64,000 bases of DNA, from positions 13,903-77,902 of the forward strand of contig JAOUFG010000002.1 of the NCBI GenBank assembly GCA_029858345.1. The letters are read 5' to 3'. The position numbers were made by a program, and so were the translations under genes. This DNA comes from Phycisphaerae bacterium (GTDB taxonomy: Bacteria > Planctomycetota > Phycisphaerae > Sedimentisphaerales > Anaerohalosphaeraceae). Position 1 is the first letter of the stretch. Each line of letters starts with the position of its first letter. Below are positions 46,736 to 55,544 of this stretch, piece after piece. The notes under the pieces are model-generated. The model was not told the DNA's origin. It worked only from the letters and a program-made list of their open reading frames with translations, and ran no database searches.

Positions 46736-48048
46736 GTGAGATTATCCCTCTCTGTCGCGATATTGACACCGACCGGCTGTACCGGACTAATGACGGTTCG
46801 GCGAAACTGATGCGTTGTCTGAGTCCGGAGTTTAACACGCTTAATCTGGGGTGTTTTCTGCCGCAATATCCGATCTGGACTGAGGGCAACACGTATGCTG
46901 TCGGGGATATTGTCTTTGGCAGGGTAGAGTTTGGCACTCCTGTGGTCCTGTATATCTGCGGCGTCTTTGAGTGCCGAGTTGCACATACCGCAACAAGCGG
47001 CAATGCACCCTCTGCCAACAGCAGTTGGAGTGTTTGCCAGGTGGAAACGACACTTCACTGGCGAGCCTTGGGAACCACGCGGCTGTTGGAGCATCCGGTC
47101 TGCGGATCATTGGCATCCGGTGGGGCTGAACCGTATGGCGGCATCAATAAATCGCCAACGGGCGTGTTGATTGCATTAAGTGGCATTACTCCCAAGCCCG
47201 ACCATCTGGACTATCCGGAGATTGCATGGCATCATGATTATAACGGGGTTTATTGCATTCCAGCTATGTATGGGTACACCGGGGGAACATGGTATATTGG
47301 CGGTCTCTGTGATGGAGACTTAAAGTGGACCTTAGAATTTGATCCGATGCTGCCTTGGGGCGACTGCGAAGAGGGAGCCCGAAAAATGTCCATCCGTCAT
47401 CTCAAACGAACCCTCTCGGACAACTGGTGGTACTGGACGTATCTCTTTTGTGGTTCGCATGAGATTTCTCTCTGTGAAACCAGCTATACCGACAGCAACC
47501 TGTTCCTGCCGCCGCCGTACTGGCCTTATTATTGGTGGGATACGGATCCGGCGATTGTCGCGTATCGACAGTCGTTAATTCCTGCTCGTGATTGTACGGG
47601 ATATGATAACTATGGGGCCATTCCACCGTTTAGCGGTTGGGGTGGAACAGTGAGTTTCCTCGGATTTACGGATTATATGACGGTGGGCTTTGACGATTAC
47701 AGCGTTGAGTATTTCAATAATGGCGAAAGTGCTACTGTCCGCTGGCGATTTGCCCTGTTTGGCTCCGGCGGTAAACGCGTCATCCTGAAGAATAATATCG
47801 CGTGTGACCTCTTTCGCCTGGATTTTCAGGGTATCGACTGGGACATCTTTTTGGGATGTACGACATCCCCGGTCACGCCGGATGAGGATGGGTGGTTTGA
47901 AGCTACGGTTTCGCTGACGGACGGCATGACCATCACGGATTTTGGAGTCACCAATGTCAATGCCTATAACTGGCGGTATCAGTGCACCCTTAGCAGTGAT
48001 CTGGCTGCCGGGACCGCCTATCTTGGATCGTTGAGACAGAGTTCATAA
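46732..48048 (+). CDS. Tail tip protein candidate (Trp/Tyr/Cys-rich)
   Basis: The ATG at 46732 overlaps the previous stop; the track start at 46690 is over-extended. Contains an unusual PPPYWPYYWWDTDP stretch. Confidence 0.45.
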   Translation: MSEIIPLCRDIDTDRLYRTNDGSAKLMRCLSPEFNTLNLGCFLPQYPIWTEGNTYAVGDIVFGRVEFGTPVVLYICGVFECRVAHTATSGNAPSANSSWSVCQVETTLHWRALGTTRLLEHPVCGSLASGGAEPYGGINKSPTGVLIALSGITPKPDHLDYPEIAWHHDYNGVYCIPAMYGYTGGTWYIGGLCDGDLKWTLEFDPMLPWGDCEEGARKMSIRHLKRTLSDNWWYWTYLFCGSHEISLCETSYTDSNLFLPPPYWPYYWWDTDPAIVAYRQSLIPARDCTGYDNYGAIPPFSGWGGTVSFLGFTDYMTVGFDDYSVEYFNNGESATVRWRFALFGSGGKRVILKNNIACDLFRLDFQGIDWDIFLGCTTSPVTPDEDGWFEATVSLTDGMTITDFGVTNVNAYNWRYQCTLSSDLAAGTAYLGSLRQSS

Positions 48049-48050
48049 CC

Positions 48051-48455
48051 ATGGGATGCTGCGGAAAAATATCAAAGGGACTTTCGATTGCCAAGGGCAA
48101 CCTGGCGGTGGTGCTCGAAAAAATCAACTTGCTGCCACCCGATCCGTTTATGTATCATTCGGTCCGGCTGCGGGCGTGTCGTTCATGTAAGTATCACACC
48201 TATCTGACCGAGAGTGAGTTCCTGGACTGGATTGATGAACATGGCGGATTGGTCAAGTTCGTTGCTGAGATTGATATCCTGGACCAGTGGCCGCCACTGC
48301 CCATTGAACAGGAAAAGCCCGGAGCGAAATTGTTCTGCAGTCTGTGTAAATGCTGGCTGCCAGCGAAAGCGTATGTCAAACAAGAAAATTGCCCAATCCA
48401 GCATCCGGATTGGCGAAAACCGAAGTGCTTCTTCAATACAAAGGAAACCTTATAA
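48051..48455 (+). CDS. Cys-rich small protein (MGCCGK N-terminus, two CxxC pairs)
   Basis: CRSCKYH...CSLCKCW motifs. Tightly packed between the tail tip gene (2 nt downstream of its stop) and the fibre gene (stop overlaps the fibre ATG). Confidence 0.5.
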   Translation: MGCCGKISKGLSIAKGNLAVVLEKINLLPPDPFMYHSVRLRACRSCKYHTYLTESEFLDWIDEHGGLVKFVAEIDILDQWPPLPIEQEKPGAKLFCSLCKCWLPAKAYVKQENCPIQHPDWRKPKCFFNTKETL

Positions 48456-50158
48456 TGTCTGAAAAATACTGGTATGGCGGCGTGACGAATCACCGAGGCG
48501 AATGGGACTGGGAAGGTATCGCCCCCTTTACGATTTATGCAGGAAATTTGGTCAACGTCGGTGGACTGTGTGGGATTGGCGCTGTTGGGCATGGTTTAAT
48601 GCCTGGCGATGAGATCACCATCGCTGGAACATCCACGATTGACGGCACATATAATGTCCACACATCAACGACGGCCGATGTTATCGTTATTGATCTGCCC
48701 TTTTTCCTGCTGTCTGGCACAAACTCGATTGTTTCGGGGACTCAGTGGACGGCATCAGGAATCAATCTATACACGTCCGGCGTCCAGGCCGGAATGAGGA
48801 TCAAGCTCTTCAATGGCGCTACGTTGCTGGGTGCAAAATACTCCGGCAGCAACGGCATCGTTGCAGGCACGGCGTTCACGGCATCGGGTGTAGACTTCTA
48901 TGCGATGGGTGTCGAGGTTGGAATGACCGTCAAACTGACCAGTGTTGGAAGCGGGTATCTTGGCGAGTTTGCGATTACGAGCATTACGGATGCGACTCAC
49001 TTGGTGATTGAGGACACCGGCACATCCGAAAGCGGCCTGACCTGGGAAATCCAGGTGCGTGACGAGGCCACATGGGGCGGCTTTGAAATCATCGCCGTCA
49101 CGGATGCAACCCATTTGCAGCTTGAATCGACCGGTCTTTCCCAAAGCGGTGTAACTTATGAAATTAACCGGGGTGAGACCTTTGATGGCACCGAAACCAT
49201 CACGCCCAACATCGATTCCAACTGGAAACTGGTCACTGATGGAAGTAACACTGACAAGCCCACCGATGGAGATGTGGTCCAATTCAATGATCGGGCGTAT
49301 TACAACAGTACTGCCCAACGATACCAGGACTGCACCATCAATGTCGATGCGGCCGGAACGGGAACGCCCAATCTGGGTGGGATGTTTGTTTCGGCTGGAT
49401 TTAATGGCCATCTTGGTAGTGAGTCGAATCCAGTGGAGATTAATTGCCAAAACAACGACATTGTTGTGGACGGTGAATGCACAATTTATTTGAAACTATC
49501 CGCCGGAGCAGGAGCAGATGCAGGATGCGGGCGGTTGGTCGTCAATAATGAAAAGGCAAATGTCTATGTCTCCAGCCTGCTTAACGATGTGAGTAATGTG
49601 TGCCTGTATGATTTGCTGATCTGCCTGAAGGGGTATCTCTGGATTCAGGATAATTGTGCGGTAGGGGAGTTGGTTTCCGCCAACTATAGCTCATTCGTCG
49701 ATGCAGGCGTCGGGATTGAAAATATCAAGGCAGGCACACCGTGCAGGATCACGGCCGTCAAGGGCGAGATTGTATGGCGGTCGAAGATTGACCAAGTCAA
49801 ACTTTTTGATGCGGAGTTTGCCTGGGGGGATGAAGATATGACCGAGGTGGTCAATTATGCCTGCAATCTTCTGACCATCTACTCCAAGAGCGGTGAGTTC
49901 CAGTGGCAGATGGCCGACACCGGCGAATCAGTCATCAAGCAGTTTGTGCTGTACGCTGGAAACCTGATCGCCTCCCAGTCGGTCAACAGCGGCTATAAAA
50001 AGAAAATCGGCACGGGCACCGAAATCAGCGAATTGTGGCCGGATGCAACCGCCAACCTAAACAGTTCATCCAACAATGTGTTAATTGCTGCTGGCTCCAA
50101 ATTGGAATCGCATGGGGGGACATTAATTGCCTCCAGTGGCTCATTGTTAGGATGGTAA
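48455..50158 (+). CDS. Tail fibre / receptor-binding protein with internal repeats
   Basis: The ATG at 48455 overlaps the previous TAA. Last structural gene; repeated ~45-aa segments are visible in the protein. Confidence 0.6.
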   Translation: MSEKYWYGGVTNHRGEWDWEGIAPFTIYAGNLVNVGGLCGIGAVGHGLMPGDEITIAGTSTIDGTYNVHTSTTADVIVIDLPFFLLSGTNSIVSGTQWTASGINLYTSGVQAGMRIKLFNGATLLGAKYSGSNGIVAGTAFTASGVDFYAMGVEVGMTVKLTSVGSGYLGEFAITSITDATHLVIEDTGTSESGLTWEIQVRDEATWGGFEIIAVTDATHLQLESTGLSQSGVTYEINRGETFDGTETITPNIDSNWKLVTDGSNTDKPTDGDVVQFNDRAYYNSTAQRYQDCTINVDAAGTGTPNLGGMFVSAGFNGHLGSESNPVEINCQNNDIVVDGECTIYLKLSAGAGADAGCGRLVVNNEKANVYVSSLLNDVSNVCLYDLLICLKGYLWIQDNCAVGELVSANYSSFVDAGVGIENIKAGTPCRITAVKGEIVWRSKIDQVKLFDAEFAWGDEDMTEVVNYACNLLTIYSKSGEFQWQMADTGESVIKQFVLYAGNLIASQSVNSGYKKKIGTGTEISELWPDATANLNSSSNNVLIAAGSKLESHGGTLIASSGSLLGW

Positions 50159-50179
50159 AATTAGGATGGTAAAATGAAA

Positions 50180-50209
50180 TTGACAGAAACCGCGTATTGT
50201 TTGTATAAT
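50180..50209 (+). promoter_or_regulatory. Near-consensus sigma70 promoter TTGACA-18 nt-TATAAT
   Basis: TTGACA 50180-50185 and TATAAT 50204-50209, with TG immediately upstream of the -10. Confidence 0.6.
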
Positions 50210-50215
50210 GAGGGG

Positions 50216-50302
50216 CAATTAAAAAGCTCCTTCTGCCGCCTGTGGTGTAGCCCTGGGAAGTTCACTAACTTCCTCCTCCTTCTTGCCACAGGCGGTCTTT
50301 TT
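50216..50302 (+). ncRNA. Candidate ~85-nt small RNA or leader ending in an intrinsic terminator
   Basis: Outer stem GCCGCCTGTGG (50235-50245) / CCACAGGCGGT (50286-50296) followed by CTTTTT. Inner hairpin GGAAGTT-CACT-AACTTCC. CU-rich tracts CTCCTTCT and CCTCCTCCTTCTT. The 5' end is inferred from the promoter. Confidence 0.45.
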
Positions 50303-50376
50303 CAACAACCATCTTTTGTCTTGTCTGTATTAATCAATCATCTTAGCTTTTAACCCCATTTTTGAGAGGAGTGACG

Positions 50377-50586
50377 GTGCAGAATTTTCCTGAATTAATG
50401 ACTGAGGACGAAGTAATTCAATTCCTACGGATTCCCGAAATCAGCAAAGCCGCCAACTATCGGCATGTGATTGAAAACCTCAAGCGGATGCATGACCTGC
50501 CCTGTATCCATATCTGCCGACAGCCGCTATATCCCTTGGATTCTGTGCGAAATTGGGTCAAAAATAAGGCATTATTGGAGGAATAG
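50377..50586 (+). CDS. Excisionase-like HTH protein
   Basis: TEDEVIQFLRIPE...LPCIHICRQPLYPLDSVRNWV resembles MerR/excisionase-type HTH. It sits just upstream of int. Start uncertain (GTG 50377 after AGGAG, or ATG 50398). Confidence 0.6.
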   Translation: MQNFPELMTEDEVIQFLRIPEISKAANYRHVIENLKRMHDLPCIHICRQPLYPLDSVRNWVKNKALLEE

Positions 50587-50673
50587 AGTGGATTTATTGG
50601 CCCAAATAATTCATAATAAAGACCAGGTTAATCCAGGTCTAACCGGCGTCATGAGTCAGAAAGGAATGGCTCA

Positions 50674-51876
50674 ATGATGAGACAAAAAAAACTGGTTACA
50701 CTCTGGGAAAGGCCATCTTCGGATGGCAAAGGTTTTACCTATTACCTGCTCTTTAACGATGAAAACGGGATTCGACGGCAACGGTCGCTCGGTCACGCCG
50801 ACAAGCGAAAAGCAGAACGGCAGCGGGACAAGTTTGAGCGGCAATTGCGGATGGGAATGGTAGAGCCAAGTTCTTTGAAAATTAAAGACTTCGTAAAAGA
50901 CAGCTTGGCAAGGACGGGCGATCAAATTCGCGAAAGCACTCGCAATGAGTATGCATCAGGGGTGAAAGATTTTATCAAACGAATCGGCAACCTTGATGTT
51001 CGAGATGTGACGCTTACGCATGGAGAAAAATACCGACAACTCTGTCTGGACGATGGCAATTCGCCTGCGACGGTCACCAAAAAACTCAAGCATTTAAAAC
51101 GATTGTTTCAGTTGGGAGTCAACAGGCGGCAACTCGACGAGAATCCTTTTAAGTTTGTGGATACTCCCAAGACCCGCAAAAAGAAGATTCGTATCTACTC
51201 GGAAGCAGAATGCCAAAGCATCCTTAAGGTTGCTCAAGAATATAGTGTAGAATGGGATCTGCAATACCGACCCAAATGGGATTTGCTAATTATTGTGGCG
51301 TTGGCAACCGGGATGCGACGTGCCGAACTTCTAAATTGCACCTGGAGCGATGTGGATTTTGAACAGCAGGTGATTAACGTCACTCCCAAAGAGGATACGA
51401 AAGCAACATGGCGCTGGGATATTAAGGACTCCGATGAACGAATGCTGCCGCTGACCAATGAGGTGACGCAACTCCTTGTGGACCATCATGCCAAGCAACC
51501 TGAGGGCTATCCTTATGTATTCGTGCCTGTTGGGCGATATGATGTCATTCAAACGCTCCGAGCCAAAGGGCAGTGGACATACTCGGATTCTCGATTGAAG
51601 GTTGTAAATAATTTTACTCCGCAATTCGAGAAAATCCTGAAAACGGCCAAGGTCAAAAAAGGGCAGTTTCACGACCTGCGACGTACGGCAATCACAAATT
51701 GGTTTGCCAATGGCATGGGGGAGCACGACGTCATGGTTCTGGCGGGTCACTCTAATTTTGCGACCACGCATGAATTTTACTTGGCGGTGGCAGATGATTT
51801 AGTGGACCGAGCAAGGCGGGCATCCGTGAAAAGTATTGATCAAAATCTGTTGCAAATCTGTTGCAGGAGCATATAA
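50674..51876 (+). CDS. int: Tyrosine site-specific integrase
   Basis: C-terminal catalytic motifs ATGMRRAELLNCTW, HDLRRTAITNW and LAGHSNFATTHEFY. Adjacent to the tRNA 3' end. Confidence 0.9.
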   Translation: MMRQKKLVTLWERPSSDGKGFTYYLLFNDENGIRRQRSLGHADKRKAERQRDKFERQLRMGMVEPSSLKIKDFVKDSLARTGDQIRESTRNEYASGVKDFIKRIGNLDVRDVTLTHGEKYRQLCLDDGNSPATVTKKLKHLKRLFQLGVNRRQLDENPFKFVDTPKTRKKKIRIYSEAECQSILKVAQEYSVEWDLQYRPKWDLLIIVALATGMRRAELLNCTWSDVDFEQQVINVTPKEDTKATWRWDIKDSDERMLPLTNEVTQLLVDHHAKQPEGYPYVFVPVGRYDVIQTLRAKGQWTYSDSRLKVVNNFTPQFEKILKTAKVKKGQFHDLRRTAITNWFANGMGEHDVMVLAGHSNFATTHEFYLAVADDLVDRARRASVKSIDQNLLQICCRSI

Positions 51877-51890
51877 CGCCCAAAAAGGGA

Positions 51891-51920
51891 AAAGCCAAAA
51901 ACCTGTAAGTCTTTGGCTTT
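51891..51920. terminator. Hairpin between int and tRNA-Phe
   Basis: AAAGCCAAA / TTTGGCTTT 9-bp stem with a 12-nt loop. Confidence 0.35.
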
Positions 51921-51935
51921 ACGTCATTTACGAAA

Positions 51936-52008
<73 letters not shown>

Positions 52009-52344
52009 TCGCTGTGGCGAGAAACCAAAAAATTAGCAAAACGCCCTCTGCTTTGCAAGAGAAATCCCTCAAAATCCTGGAATCTCATTGATTAACCGAT
52101 TTTGCCCTCAGAAAGGCGACACGTAATGACCTGAAAGCTCCTTGCGTGCAAAGTATTCTGTATATGATTGAAAACTGCCGTTTCTGCTCGGCTATGTAGG
52201 GTTGTCCCGATACATCGGGATAAATTACGGATTGACTCGCTGGAATTTATGCCCCCTAAGAACACATGTTAAAGATTTTGAAATTAGGGATTCAAATTGT
52301 CCAACAATTAATTATAATACAATGCGTCTTTATGGTTATAGTAT

Positions 52345-52977
52345 ATGATTTGCATGGATAAAAATGGAACAAAATCTGCTTCGGGTAAAGTATCCGACTC
52401 CGAGCTTCTTCAGCGGTACCGCCAAGGTGACGAAGAGGCATTCAGAGAGATTATAACTCGCTATAAAAACCCACTTTATGCGTTTTTAAGGCGGTTTGTC
52501 AGCCAGGACGATGTTGTTGAAGATGTTTTTCAGGAGACATTTTTACAACTTTACGCCAGCCGGGACAGTTTTGATTTTAACCGGCCCCTTCGTCCATGGC
52601 TTTTTACGATCGCAGCCAATAAAGCCAAGGACGCGTTGCGAAAAATGCAGCGGCAAGCGTCAATGAGCATGGGAGCGATTGCGGATGCAGGCGATTTCTC
52701 ACTGGATGAGGTCGTTAATATTCTGACCTCGTATGATACGACTCCGGAGGATGAGGTTTCAGCAGAAGAAACGGCTCAAAGAGTAAGACAAGTTATATCC
52801 GAAATGCCCGAAAACCTGCGTGGAATTTTAATTTTAGCGTATTTTGAGCAATTTTCTTACAAACATATGGCTGAGATTCTCAGTATACCTATAGGGACGG
52901 TAAAAAGCCGGCTTCACACAGCCGTTTTGTATTTTATGAAGAAATGGAAAGCCGCCAACCGCGGAAGTCAATTATGA
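52345..52977 (+). CDS. ECF-type RNA polymerase sigma factor
   Basis: Region 2 VVEDVFQETFLQLY and region 4 LRGILILAYFEQFSYKHMAEILSIPIGTVKSRLH. Confidence 0.85.
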   Translation: MICMDKNGTKSASGKVSDSELLQRYRQGDEEAFREIITRYKNPLYAFLRRFVSQDDVVEDVFQETFLQLYASRDSFDFNRPLRPWLFTIAANKAKDALRKMQRQASMSMGAIADAGDFSLDEVVNILTSYDTTPEDEVSAEETAQRVRQVISEMPENLRGILILAYFEQFSYKHMAEILSIPIGTVKSRLHTAVLYFMKKWKAANRGSQL

Positions 52978-54068
52978 ATAAATTAACGCACGAAGAGCAG
53001 CAATTTATATTAGATTTTTATTTTCGTTGTGGAGATCAAAATGATATCGAGGCGGGGCGCGACTTGATTGCCTCAAACCCAGGGGCCGCAAAGCTTTATG
53101 CTCATCTTGAGAGTTCGTTGACGGATCTTGACCACATTAAATATGAGGCGTGTCCCGATAATCTGGTGGATTTGACGATTGCCCGCCTCAAACTTGTATC
53201 CAGCGCTTCGAATGTTTCCAAATCACGTCTTCATCAACTTCTCGAAAAAGAACAGAAATCTGATAATTCCCCAAGTGAAAAACCGGCATATCAACCTCAA
53301 TTGTCGGTCTTTCCCCGGAAAAGCAAATTTTTACGGCCTGTTTTTGAAGTCCTCGCTACCGCGGCAAGTATCGCTTTAATTGCAGGCATTTTGTTTCCCT
53401 CCTTTGGGCTTGCTCGAAACAAGTATCGACAGGTGGCTTGCCAAAACAATATGCGGCTGTTAGGGGAGGGGTTTGCTTCTCTTGCCAATGACTACAAAGG
53501 TAATTTTTCAGAGGCCAAGGTCAAGGTTGGCGATCCTTGGTGGAAAATCGGGGATCAGGGACGGGAATCCCAGTCGAATACCCGCTATCCATTCATGCTT
53601 ATTAAGCTTGATTATGTTGACGGAAAGGTGTTTGTCTGCAAAGGGAATACGAACGCTCAACCGGTAAATAATGGCCCCTCTGTAGCCCAAATGTACGATT
53701 TCCCTTCTCGCAATAATGTTAGCTATAGCTTTATGCTCTTTTGCGATAAAAATGTGGATCCTTTCAAGCGCAACCGAAAAATTGTAGCAAGCGACCTCAA
53801 TCCCGTTTTCGAAAAAATACCCTGCCAGCAAAGCTTTTATCGGAAAATGAACGAGTTTGAAAAAGTCCTTCTCAATGAACAGCTTAAACAGATGATGAGC
53901 GCAAGCCACCGTGGCCGCGGCCAGAATATTTTGTATTGTGACGGCAGCGTCGAATTTGCCAGAAAGAGGGTTATCGATGGTGATGACATTTTTACGGTTC
54001 ACGGAGTTGACACTTATACCGGCCGTGAAGTTCCCGCGGGCGATAATGATACGTTCCTCGCACCTTAA
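52974..54068 (+). CDS. Anti-sigma-like N-terminus, single TM and DUF1559-like (H-X9-DG-like) C-terminal domain
   Basis: The ATG at 52974 overlaps the sigma stop (ATGA). TM LATAASIALIAGILFPSF; C-terminal SHRGRGQNILYCDGSVEF. Confidence 0.65.
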   Translation: MNKLTHEEQQFILDFYFRCGDQNDIEAGRDLIASNPGAAKLYAHLESSLTDLDHIKYEACPDNLVDLTIARLKLVSSASNVSKSRLHQLLEKEQKSDNSPSEKPAYQPQLSVFPRKSKFLRPVFEVLATAASIALIAGILFPSFGLARNKYRQVACQNNMRLLGEGFASLANDYKGNFSEAKVKVGDPWWKIGDQGRESQSNTRYPFMLIKLDYVDGKVFVCKGNTNAQPVNNGPSVAQMYDFPSRNNVSYSFMLFCDKNVDPFKRNRKIVASDLNPVFEKIPCQQSFYRKMNEFEKVLLNEQLKQMMSASHRGRGQNILYCDGSVEFARKRVIDGDDIFTVHGVDTYTGREVPAGDNDTFLAP

Positions 54069-54259
54069 TTCGGTCCTTCTCATTTCAGGGGTTTCAGTAG
54101 ATTTCAAACCTTGAAAAGGCGTTTTTCTGCCTATGAAAAACTTATTGTTATCAATTCTTCCAGCCCTTGCAATCGCAGACTGTTTGGGGTATAAGTGCCA
54201 TTAAGACGGGATTTGACTAAATCAAAGATACAACGAATATTTAGTAGCAGAGAAAAAAC

Positions 54260-55400
54260 ATGGAATTAGCGGAACTTCGCACCTCTATCCAACAGCTCGA
54301 GGCCCGGATTACACAAATCCGGGACTGGCTTTGACTTGCCTTCGAAAATTGCACTTTGTGACCAACTTGAACAACAAATGGCCCAGCCGGGTTTCTGGGA
54401 TAATCCCGATGCCGCAAAACGTATTGTAACCCAGCTCAGTGCCGTTAAATCCATAATCGCCCCTGTCCGGGCCGCTGAAAAGTCAATTCTGGATTTGAAC
54501 GAATTATTGGAATTGGCGATAGACGAGGGTGACGATCAAACATTATCTTCGATCCAGGATGATTTAGAGCGGTTAAGCCGGAAATGCGACCAGATCGAGG
54601 TCGCAGGAATGCTGAGCGGTCCGGATGACACCCGACCGTGCTTTTTCAGCATTCATGCGGGTGCCGGCGGGACTGAAAGTTGTGACTGGGCCAACATGCT
54701 GTTTCGGATGTACACGAGGTACTTTGAGGACAATAAGTACAGCTATGAAGAGTTGGACATCACTCCGGGAGAAGAAGCGGGCATTCGATCTATTACACTC
54801 CGGGTCGAAGGGCCGTTTGCGTTTGGCAAGCTGTCTTGTGAAACAGGTGTACACAGGTTGGTGCGGATCAGTCCGTTTGATTCACAAAGCCGCAGGCATA
54901 CCAGCTTCGCCGCGGTTGATGTCATGCCGGATTTTGAAAATGAAATCGAAGTCGAAATTAATGAGGACGAATTACGGATCGATTATTATCGTGCCGGCGG
55001 GGCGGGTGGTCAGCATGTGAATAAGACAAGTTCGGCAGTCCGGATCACCCATTTCCCTACGGGAATTGTAGTGCAGTGTCAGAACGACCGCAGCCAGCAT
55101 AAAAACAAGGCGGAGGCGATGAAAATGCTGCAAGGTCGTCTGTATATGCTCGAACAGCAGAAGCGCGATGCGGAACTGGCTAAACTGTACAGCAATAAGG
55201 GCGAAATCGCCTGGGGCAACCAGATTCGCAGCTACGTACTGCAACCCTATCAGATGATTAAGGATCATCGTACTGATCACCAGACGGGCAATGTTCAGTC
55301 CGTTTTGGATGGTGATTTAGAGCTATTTATTGAAAGCTATTTGCGCTATAGGGCCGAAAAGAAAAATAAAAAAGAAGTTATCAAGGCCCGAAAGGAATAA
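54260..55400 (+). CDS. prfB: Peptide chain release factor 2 with a programmed +1 frameshift
   Basis: A 24-codon leader ends CTT TGA C (TGA at 54332-54334). The +1 frame continues into the RF2 body containing the SPF and GGQ motifs (RISPFDS, AGGAGGQHVNKT). Confidence 0.9.
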
Positions 55401-55544
55401 GTTGGAAGTCCTGAAAAGATTTATCGTAACGATTGTAAACAGAGTCGTTTTGGTTTGCGTGCCGGTAGGGTGTTTGCAGGCGTGTGTTCAGGCGGCGGAT
55501 GCTGCAAAGCCGAATATTATTTATCTGTATCGAGGGATTGTAAC

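Larger units (their letters stand above)
19093..51935 (+). mobile_element. Temperate siphovirus-like prophage integrated next to tRNA-Phe
   Basis: Contiguous replication, packaging, head and tail modules ending in xis and a tyrosine integrase. The integrase is 60 nt from the tRNA-Phe 3' end. The left boundary is approximate because no att repeat was identified. Confidence 0.8.

Noticed and set aside
48455-50158. Diversity-generating retroelement acting on the tail fibre
   Set aside because: No reverse transcriptase ORF (no YxDD-containing RT-like protein) and no template-repeat copy of the fibre 3' end is visible in the window.
55455-55544. N-terminal extensions in the track (55455 pepA, 57052 folE, 60066 four-helix-bundle, 21182 ATPase, 19055 sigma, 46690, 48350, 38174, 52944, 15660)
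   Set aside because: The extended starts overlap upstream genes, terminators or the tRNA-like element. Internal ATG or GTG codons with RBSs or ATGA/TAATG coupling give products starting at conserved N-termini.
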